Part shown: positions 10,358 through 17,774 of the stretch, piece after piece | How positions within the stretch are numbered: the stretch's first letter is position 1 | Layout: each line of letters opens with the position of its first letter | From: an uncultured bacterium | Lineage (GTDB): Bacteria; Bacillota; Clostridia; Oscillospirales; Acutalibacteraceae | Length of the DNA stretch: 42,932 bases | Direction: 5' to 3' | Assembly: GCA_949293385.1 (NCBI GenBank) | Contig: CASFDQ010000130.1 | Span: forward strand, 1 to 42,932 | The notes under the pieces: model-generated | Told to the model about the DNA's origin: nothing | The model's input: only the letters and a program-made list of their open reading frames with translations | The model's database searches: none | Program-made: the position numbers and the translations under genes

Positions 10358-11110
10358 CTATGCCATTGTTTTAAGCATTTCTAACGTCACTTCATATCGG
10401 CAGGGTCTGTTTTGGATAAGCTTTTCGTATTCTTCTTTCATATATTCGCCCATTCGGCGTACTTCATTGCCTGAGCTTCCTGCGATATGAGGCGTGAGAA
10501 TGCAGTTTGGCAGAGTGTAAAACTCGCTGTCGCTTTCGGGCGGCTCGGGGAGGGTCACATCAAGCAGAGCCGTAAGGTCGGGGCGCGCTTTCAGTACCTT
10601 TATCAGATCTGCTTCTACAACCTGTGCCCCACGTCCCGTGTTGATAAAGGTGGCGTTAGTAAGCATCGTTTCAAACAGCCTGCCGTCTAACATCCCTTTG
10701 GTCTGCTCGTTATTGGCAAGGTGATTGGATACCACCTGACATTCCTTGAAAAGCGTTTCAAGGCCGACCTTTTTAACTCCAAGCGCAGCGGCTTTTTCAT
10801 CCGGCAAAAACGGGTCAAAGACCAGCACCTCAAGATTATAGCTTTTAAGCATATTTATGACCAGTTTGCCGATCATTCCCGCTCCGATGATTCCGATCTT
10901 CACATCATAGTTTCCGGGATATGAGTGGAAGCATTGCGAAGCGGCTTTGCGGTCACCCGTTTTTGCAAGGCGGCTGCTTCTGAAAAAAGCCCTTGTTGGC
11001 TAAAACTATCTGCGCCACGGTATATTCGGCAACGGGTACGGCATTGGCCGCCCATGCGGAAAAGCCTTATAATACGGCAGTATTACTGCATTTTTCATCT
11101 TCGCTTTTGG
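10358..11110 (-). pseudogene. D-isomer-specific 2-hydroxyacid dehydrogenase, frameshifted and 5'-degraded
   Basis: The intact 181-aa ORF covers only the NAD-binding and C-terminal part (KIGIIGAGMIGK...TPHIAGS). Upstream, the expected catalytic-domain segment GFSAWAANAVPVAEYTVAQIVLANKGFF is readable in another frame (about 10960..11050). It is preceded by an in-frame stop and followed by a TGA. Confidence 0.75.
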
Positions 11111-11310
11111 AAACAAAGTTACACCTACAAAACTGCTACGCACCCGAAAATGGATGATTTTTATGTAAGAAAAGGCAAAAAACCACGGTAACGCTGACGC
11201 GTCGTTAGTGAAGTTTTTGTTTTAGCATAGAATAATATATCGGGTTAGAACCAGCATCGCATTTGTATGTACAAATACAGTTGGGCAGTAGCCCAAACCC
11301 ACTAACAACA

Positions 11311-11353
11311 GAAAAGAGAAGATTCGTTTTTGCAACGAGTCTTCTCTTTTTTT
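11311..11353. terminator. Strong stem-loop with flanking A/T runs (bidirectional terminator-like)
   Basis: gaaaagagaagattcg / cgagtcttctcttttt (one mismatch) followed by TTTTTTT and preceded by an A-rich run. Confidence 0.6.
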
Positions 11354-11362
11354 GCCTGTTAA

Positions 11363-11607
11363 GTGATATGCTGACTAAAGTCAGCGTGATATTTTCTTTT
11401 GAAAATTCCTCGTCTATAGAGAGATATTTCCAAAAGAAAGTGATATTAAACCCTACGGGTTTAGTGATATTCTATTCGCCCGTAAACTTGCGAAGCAAAT
11501 AACACTCGACTGAAAGTCGAATATCACTGCGCAGCAATATAACTCGCCGTTAGGCGAATAGAGCTGCAGAAATGTTCGCTAAGAACATTTCTACTAACCC
11601 GTTCGGG
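11363..11607. repeat. Mini-hairpin array B with iterated GTGATAT motif
   Basis: GTGATAT occurs at 11363, 11386, 11440 and 11464, with an inverted ATATCAC at 11521. The motif copies bracket unrelated hairpins: gctgac/taaa/gtcagc, tttcttttg...caaaagaaa and taaaccc/tac/gggttta. Further hairpins are tcgac/tgaaa/gtcga, tcgcc/gtta/ggcga, gaaatgttc/gctaa/gaacatttc and ccc/gttc/ggg. Confidence 0.8.
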
Positions 11608-11629
11608 CGGTTATGATTAGGTATTCAGT

Positions 11630-13236
11630 TTACTTTACGGAGCTTTTTTTGCGGAAAACCAAGACTGCCGTAAGGATGGAAAGACAGGCTGCGGCCACGA
11701 CTGCCTAGTGGAGGACCGCCGAGCTGTCACCGGTGGGTGGGATCTCAAGCTCTTTCCACTGTGCGTAAAGCACGAGATCTCGGTCGCCCATCGTAAGCAT
11801 ACGCTCGGGATCGATGGTTACGCCCTTGCCGTCGGGAATCCGGTGCCAGCCGAGGAACATATATCCGTCGGCGGTAGGCTTCTCGTCGCTGACATAAAAT
11901 TCCTGATAAGAATAATATTCTCTGCCTTCGGGCATTTCGGCATCGACGCCGTTAGCGTCGTAGATAAGCTTATGGCAGTTTCCGAAGTAATCGTCAATAT
12001 CGGCCGCCGCTTTAACTACGGGAGCAGCGTTTTCATCCGCCTTATAAACGACGCCCGCAAAATTAGTATCTGCGGTCATAACGTCGGCGGTTTTGCCTTT
12101 AGCAAAGATGTTAGCGTCGATAAGATCGAAGGAGGCGGGAGCAATAAGGAAGATGCCCGCGCTGTCGGCCGCGTTTTCGGCCTCTGCGAGTCCGCTGATC
12201 AAACCGCCCTTAACCTTAACCGCGGAGGTGAAGATTCCGTAGGCCTCGGCCTCGCCACGGGATTCTCCGACGATCTCGCTTTCTTCGGCGTCGATTGACG
12301 GCGCGATAATTCCGTTGCTGATATCATCTCCGAGTCCGCCTGTGGCATCGATGTAGGAGGAGATCGCCTTAAGGGTACCGTGGCAAACAAGACCTGCACT
12401 TACCGTGGCGTCTCTGGCTTTGGCGTTAAGCCGGCAGTCCTCTAAGGTCGCGTCTGAGCTTACGAAAATACCATAATTTCGGGAGAATATCCCGTCGTCG
12501 GCATATACTTCGTCTGTTCTGGCTTCAATAACGCTGTTTTTAGCTACGAGCTTTTTTGTTTTCAGGGCGCAAAGGGCAAGATCGTCCTCCGCTCCACCGG
12601 GATAGCTCTGTTCCTCCAAATAGCCTGCGCAACTGAAGTCGAGCTCGGCGTACGAAGCGGTAAGAGTGCCTCCGACGGTCAATGCGTAGGAGTGGGGCTT
12701 GAAAGGGTCGGAATCGTCATAGGCTGACACGGATGCGCCAAAGCTTCCGCCGCTGACCGTAAGGTTGTTCTTAATAAACGCTCCCTCGTAGTGACCTGAA
12801 AAGTCGATCTCCAAGTCCTCTGTGCCGTAAAAGTTGGTCTCGTCGGCAAGAGAATAAAGTCCGTGCTCGCTATTAAAGCCGCAGTCTCCCTCAAAGGTGA
12901 AATCTACCCTTGAAACGCCGTCGGCAACGTAAATTACCGAATAGTCGGGAATAGTCGTTTCGTTATATTCCGGGGGTAAGCGTTGAGGACGTAGAGGTCT
13001 CGCAGGGTCACCTTGTGGGAACCGCTGAGGATCTTAATGTTATGGCCGGTGAAATCGGAGACTTCTCCGAAAATGACGTGACCGGGACATTCGGCACCGC
13101 AGTCGTTTATCACCACCGAGCCTGCAGAGATATCGTGCTGAATAGCGGTGGGCGTTTCGGCGTAGGCGGTAACGCCCGCCATAGTAACGAGCAGACCCAG
13201 AGCTAAAATAAGGCTTAAAATTCGTTTTTTTATAAT
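11630..13236 (-). pseudogene. Cell-wall-anchored surface protein with a Listeria-Bacteroides (Flg_new) repeat. It has three lesions: no canonical start, a frameshift and a premature amber codon.
   Basis: A signal peptide (IKKRILSLILALGLLVTMAGVTAYA) is readable from 13236 behind a GGAGG, but its first codons are ATT/ATA. The reading frame shifts at the G5 run 12972..12976; one extra base would join ...LNAYP to PEYNETTIPDY.... The C-terminus has a Flg_new-like module (YMFLGWHRIPDG...LVLYAQW) and then IPPTGD. TAG at 11705..11707 is followed in frame by AVVAAACLSILTAVLVFRKKSSVK. Together this is a complete LPXTG-type sorting signal split by a stop codon. Confidence 0.7.
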
Positions 13237-13247
13237 GCTTCCTCCGT

Positions 13248-13287
13248 GGAAATAGGGTTATTTATATATATAAATAACCCTATTTCC
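13248..13287. repeat. Perfect 40-bp palindrome abutting the RBS of the surface-protein gene
   Basis: ggaaatagggttatttatat | atataaataaccctatttcc: 20+20 nt with no mismatch and no loop. It lies 2 nt from the GGAGG (13241..13245, minus strand). Confidence 0.9.
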
Positions 13288-13499
13288 CCCGTTTGTCAAT
13301 AAGTCAGCCACAACAACAAGAAAACAAATGTATTCCTCATGGAAAAAACGAACCATATCAAAAAACGAGGTCCCCCACATCGTTTTTTACATTCCGATCA
13401 TTCTTCTGTATTCCCCGGGAAGGGGAGCCTCCGCCACACGTGAGCCCGCTCGATATTATCGTTGATATACTGCCGCGCCAAAAGCAAAGTCACGTTTCT

Positions 13500-13982
13500 C
13501 TATTCGTTTTCGCTTAAGACAGCGCCGCTGTGAATAGCGCCGACCTGCTCTAAGCCGTCAAACTCTATTTCGTAGCTCGTGTCGTTTAATTTGATAAGCT
13601 TAAAGCTTTCTAAGGTATCTCCCGAATAACCTTCAAAGGTCTTTTCGGTTACGGTTAGGTTTATGTCACCGTTACCGTCCTCCTCGTAGGTGCCCAAAAT
13701 ATCGCCGAAGCCCTCGTAGAGATTTACCTGCATTTTAAAGGTGAGATCTTCCTTAAGCTCTATATGTGCGGCGGGATACATCGAATCCTCCATGGGGCAG
13801 ACTATGGTTTTGTTAAGACCTTCGGTCTCGTCGATATCCCCGATCTTATCGACCGAGGGTACGAGATCCGATACTGCGGGAACCTTTTGCGCGGACTTTT
13901 CTACCCTTGCCAAAAGCAGGGAGCAGCCGCTGAGAGATAAAACGAGAGCTACGCTAAGGGTTAAACATAAAAGCTTTTTCAT
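13500..13982 (-). CDS. Lipoprotein, function unknown
   Basis: Signal peptide with lipobox (LVLSLSGC). Confidence 0.7.
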   Translation of the reverse strand: MKKLLCLTLSVALVLSLSGCSLLLARVEKSAQKVPAVSDLVPSVDKIGDIDETEGLNKTIVCPMEDSMYPAAHIELKEDLTFKMQVNLYEGFGDILGTYEEDGNGDINLTVTEKTFEGYSGDTLESFKLIKLNDTSYEIEFDGLEQVGAIHSGAVLSENE

Positions 13983-14001
13983 AAAATTTCTCCTTTTAAT
14001 T

Positions 14002-14748
14002 TTATTCTTCTAATAAATAACGAAGCATTCTTTCGGGGTTCTCGAGAAAGCTTTTCGTTATATTAAAATGCTCGGTATCCTTATACTTGACCTCTTTTAT
14101 ACCCTTGTCCGAAAACTCCAATATCTGAGCCTCGGGGAAGGTCATAAGGATAGGGGAGTGGGTCGCGATAATAAACTGTGAATCCTTTTTAACAAGGCGG
14201 TTCATTTCGCTCATAAGGGTCATCAGCCGCATAGGGGAAAGAGCGGCTTCAGGCTCGTCAAGTATATAAAGGCCTTTTCCGCCGAAGCGGTTTTGAACGA
14301 TAGCAAGAAAGCTTTCGCCGTGGGACTGATGATGTAGGGAGGTACCGCCGTAGCTTGCCGAAATAGCGGGAGAAGCGGCGGCGATACGGTCGAGCTCCTC
14401 GATATTCGTGGCGACGTTATAAAGGCTTTCGGCGCGGAGGAAAAAACCGTCCTCTGCGAAGCCTCTTTTAAGAAGGGTAAGATTTTTAAAGAGGGGCGAA
14501 TGGGTCTCGTTCGTTGAAAAGCAGAAATTTCTCGTTCCCCCCTCGGCGTTAAAGCCGAAGGCTACCGCAATAGCCTCAAGCAAGGTCGATTTTCCCGTAC
14601 CGTTTTCCCCGACGAAAAAGGTAACGGCCTCGGAAAAGCGAAGCTCCTTTTCGTCCTCTAAATGCTTTACTGCGGGAAGGGAATTCAGGTAAGAACCTTC
14701 GGGTAAAGTTCCTTCGAAAAGCAGGCCGCTTATATATTTTGCTTTCAT
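14002..14748 (-). CDS. Stand-alone AAA/ABC-like ATPase (COG3910-type predicted ATPase)
   Basis: Walker A GENGTGKST, Walker B LYILDEPEAALS and a downstream IIATHSP (H-loop). It is 248 aa with no partner permease. Confidence 0.7.
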   Translation of the reverse strand: MKAKYISGLLFEGTLPEGSYLNSLPAVKHLEDEKELRFSEAVTFFVGENGTGKSTLLEAIAVAFGFNAEGGTRNFCFSTNETHSPLFKNLTLLKRGFAEDGFFLRAESLYNVATNIEELDRIAAASPAISASYGGTSLHHQSHGESFLAIVQNRFGGKGLYILDEPEAALSPMRLMTLMSEMNRLVKKDSQFIIATHSPILMTFPEAQILEFSDKGIKEVKYKDTEHFNITKSFLENPERMLRYLLEE

Positions 14749-14781
14749 TTTCTCCCTCCTTTTTTATAATGATTGTAGTTT

Positions 14782-14949
14782 GTCGAAACGCTAAAAAGCG
14801 CTTCGACAAGCCACTTTTTAAGTGGCTTAAGCAAAATTAAATTTTAATATTTAATTTTGCACAACACTCATTGCAATGGAATAGGACAAATTTTTATTGA
14901 AAATTTGTCGCAAAATCAAAGATTTTGCGGCGAAATAGGATTGTTTCGC
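14782..14949. repeat. Mini-hairpin array C: seven consecutive unrelated hairpins
   Basis: Hairpins at 14782..14807, 14808..14828, 14831..14860, 14869..14878, 14885..14909, 14909..14929 and 14930..14949. Stems are 5-11 bp and linkers 0-8 nt. It shares the gtcgcaaaat / gattttgcggcgaaatag modules with copies A and G. Confidence 0.8.
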
Positions 14950-15035
14950 TTAACCTATACCATTATAATTATAACACATATAATTTCTTCTTGCAACCGT
15001 CGGATATTTCCGAAAGTTTTTCGTTAAAAGCCGCC

Positions 15036-15064
15036 TTGACTTAGAGTTGCCGCTATGCTAATAT
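15036..15064 (+). promoter_or_regulatory. SigA-type promoter of the 653-aa gene
   Basis: TTGACT, 17 nt spacer, TAATAT. The RBS GAGGAGGG and the ATG at 15087 follow. Confidence 0.6.
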
Positions 15065-15086
15065 GAGGGTGTGAGGAGGGAATATT

Positions 15087-17048
15087 ATGCTTTATAATTA
15101 CTCTATAACCCCCCTTTCCGAAAATGAGTTCGAGAAAAGGGCAGAAGATATAATAACGCAGGTAAAAAGAGGGGCTTTTTCGATGCCGCTCTTTATGATG
15201 ATACTCGTCCCCGAGGGAGATCCCGTCTGGGATAAGGCGGGACCTGCCGCAAAACTTTACGCACGCTACCGCGACCGTCTCGCAAAAGAAGGCGTGGAGG
15301 CGGGCATCCTTATTCAGGCAAGCCTCGGTGACGGATATGAGATAACCCACGCACCTTTTCAGACCTACGTAGGACTTTCCGACGCCGACGGAAACTGCTG
15401 TCCCGACGGGGTTCAGACCACAAATTCCTATTGTCCCTATGATAAGGGCTTTTTGGCTCATTTCAGCGAGGTAATGAGGACTCTTGCAAAAGAGCACCCT
15501 AAGGCCATTATGCTGGACGACGATTTCCGTCTTATGCACCGAAGCGGAAGAGGCTGTGCCTGTCCCCTCCACATGGCAGAATTTAACCGCAGAACGGGGC
15601 TTAACTGGACGAGAGAGGACCTTTGGAAGCACGTCTCTACCCACCCTGCAAGTGACCCTATTACTACCGTTTTCGAGGAAACTCAGCGCGATTCAATGGT
15701 CGAAGCGGCAAAGGTGTTCCGTGCAGCTATGGACGAAATCGACCCGTCTATTCAGGGTATCAACTGCACAAGCGGTCATATCTGCGAAGCGGTGGACTTT
15801 ACCAACAAGGTCTTTGCGGGAAAGGGCAACCCGACCATGGTCAGAGTACCCAACGGCTGTTACGCCCCTTATTCGGTAAGAGAATTCGCGAAAGGAATTA
15901 TAAACGCCGCTATCTGCTCAAGAAGGCTTAAAAAGCGCGGAATCGATATCCTTCTAGCCGAAACCGATACAATTCCCTTTAACCGTTATGCCAAAAGCGC
16001 CCGTCACCTCCATGCACACTTTGTGTCTTCGATCTTAGAGGGGCTAAAAGGCGCCAAGCATTGGCTGACCCGTACCTCTGCTTTCGAGCCCGAATCGGGC
16101 AAAGCCTACAGAGATATTCTGGCCGAGCATAATAAAATGTACGAAAAACTTGCCGACATTTCTGACGATATAAAGTGGCTTGGTGTTTCGGCGACCTTCA
16201 CCGAGCAAAAATATATGAAATTTTCGGGCAACGTTTGGTATAACTACATCCACGATATCGTGGAGAAAAATCTTGAGCGTATGGGAATGCCCTTCTATCT
16301 TTCGGATGATGCCGAAAAACTCAATTTCATAGAGGGCAAGGTTGCCGAAGAGCTGACCGACGAGCAGCTTTCCGAAATGTTTAAAACCTCGGTCTTCTGC
16401 GACGGCCTTGCGGCGCAGATCTTCTGTGAGAGAGGGTACGGTGAAAAACTCGGTGTAAGGGCCAACGAGTGGGATTTAGGTGTCTGCCACGGCGAGACCT
16501 TCGACGGAAGTCTCTATCAGTGCTGTACCAAGCAGAAGGATATGAAAAAGCTTGTTTCTGCAAATCCTGCCACAAAGGCGCTTTCTCATAACTATTTCAG
16601 AAAGGACGGCTATGCCGAGCTTCTCGCTCCCGCAGTAACCTGCCTCGATAGGGGAGAGGGCAGATTGTCGGTGGTCTTCTGCGGTTCCTTTACCTATAGC
16701 TTCGACTATATGCAGGGCTTTGCCTTCTTAAACGAGAGCAGAAAAGCGCAGTTTGTATCCCTATTTTCCCGTGCAGGAGCGCTGCCTATCTACTGCGTAG
16801 GCGACGAGGAGATCTGCTTTAAGGCAGGTATCTTGCCCGACGAAAGAATAATGGCCTCGGTATGCCTTCTCGGAATCGATCCTGCCGAGGGGCTAAGCCT
16901 CTTCCTCGAAAAAGAGCCTGAGGAAATAACCAAAATGCTCCCCGACGGCTCCGAAGCACCCGTCTCCTTTACCGAAAAGGGCGACGGTGTTTACACCCTC
17001 GATATAAGGCTCGAGACCCTCTATCCTGCAATCCTTTTTATAAAGTAA
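15087..17048 (+). CDS. Large uncharacterised cytoplasmic protein, possibly carbohydrate-active
   Basis: 653-aa ORF with a strong RBS, no signal peptide and no TM segment. It contains LDDDFRL...GCACPLHMAEFNRRTG, the same CxCPxxMxxF arrangement seen in the 6470..7507 protein. The C-terminal ~100 aa look like a beta-sandwich. No firm family assignment is possible by eye. Confidence 0.35.
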   Translation: MLYNYSITPLSENEFEKRAEDIITQVKRGAFSMPLFMMILVPEGDPVWDKAGPAAKLYARYRDRLAKEGVEAGILIQASLGDGYEITHAPFQTYVGLSDADGNCCPDGVQTTNSYCPYDKGFLAHFSEVMRTLAKEHPKAIMLDDDFRLMHRSGRGCACPLHMAEFNRRTGLNWTREDLWKHVSTHPASDPITTVFEETQRDSMVEAAKVFRAAMDEIDPSIQGINCTSGHICEAVDFTNKVFAGKGNPTMVRVPNGCYAPYSVREFAKGIINAAICSRRLKKRGIDILLAETDTIPFNRYAKSARHLHAHFVSSILEGLKGAKHWLTRTSAFEPESGKAYRDILAEHNKMYEKLADISDDIKWLGVSATFTEQKYMKFSGNVWYNYIHDIVEKNLERMGMPFYLSDDAEKLNFIEGKVAEELTDEQLSEMFKTSVFCDGLAAQIFCERGYGEKLGVRANEWDLGVCHGETFDGSLYQCCTKQKDMKKLVSANPATKALSHNYFRKDGYAELLAPAVTCLDRGEGRLSVVFCGSFTYSFDYMQGFAFLNESRKAQFVSLFSRAGALPIYCVGDEEICFKAGILPDERIMASVCLLGIDPAEGLSLFLEKEPEEITKMLPDGSEAPVSFTEKGDGVYTLDIRLETLYPAILFIK

Positions 17049-17141
17049 TGCGCATTTTTACAATATAATTGCTCAGAAAAGCAATTCCAAATTAAGGCTT
17101 TATATGGTAGAATATAAAAAACTGCCTTTGGAGGAGACCTT

Positions 17142-17774
17142 ATGGAAAACTTATCCGCCTTTTTATCCGAGGTTATCAGGCCTTCCGAGATAACCACCCC
17201 TACCGAGCCCTATTTTGACGTTACGAAGCACGGCGTTGTCGGCGACGGGGTCACCAATAATACGAAAGCCATAAACGAGCTTATAAAGTCGGTTTCCGGG
17301 GGAATAATATTCTTCCCTCCCGGTCGCTATCTTACGGGAACCATAATGCTTAAAAGCAATATGACCCTTTATTTGACCAGCGGCGCCGACTGCAAGGATA
17401 TGGAGCTTTTCGATTTCGGTCCCCGTCCTCTTGCCGACGATACCCCCGTTATGGAGGACATCTCCATAAATAACGTGATGGTCCGAAGGGCTACCGTCGC
17501 CGCAATGTATATTTTCGGCATACCCGAGCGTCCGATTAAAAACCTCCGTGTTCATAACTTCTCGGTCGAAAGCGTTATAGACCCCGCTATAAGACGGGAG
17601 CCGGTTATGATGCCCACCTTCGAAAAAATGCAGGGTAAGGGAATAATAATTAAAAACGTTTCCGATTCGGTCTTCTCCGAGATTTTAGTCACTACCGAAA
17701 ACGTGCCCCTCGAGTACGAAAACCTCGAAAACGTCACCTTCAACGGCAAAACCCTTGCGGCTGTGCCGCAGTGA
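17142..17774 (+). CDS. Pectate-lyase-superfamily / GH28-like protein, short form (probable internally deleted remnant)
   Basis: The N-terminus FDVTKHGVVGDGVTNNTKAINELIK...IIFFPPGRYLTGTIML is the Pectate_lyase_3/GH28 entry motif. The protein is only 210 aa, and I cannot find the central catalytic coils (NTDG, DD, HG, RIK-type motifs). The stop codon TGA (17772..17774) lies inside the first GTGATAT repeat. Confidence 0.6.
   Translation: MENLSAFLSEVIRPSEITTPTEPYFDVTKHGVVGDGVTNNTKAINELIKSVSGGIIFFPPGRYLTGTIMLKSNMTLYLTSGADCKDMELFDFGPRPLADDTPVMEDISINNVMVRRATVAAMYIFGIPERPIKNLRVHNFSVESVIDPAIRREPVMMPTFEKMQGKGIIIKNVSDSVFSEILVTTENVPLEYENLENVTFNGKTLAAVPQ

Noticed and set aside
11705-11707. TAG reassignment (alternative genetic code or pyrrolysine) as the explanation for the in-frame amber in the surface-protein gene
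   Set aside because: TAG terminates recG (32971..32973) and the dehydrogenase remnant (10358..10360) at the expected protein ends. No pyl genes are visible. The same gene also carries a frameshift and lacks a start codon.
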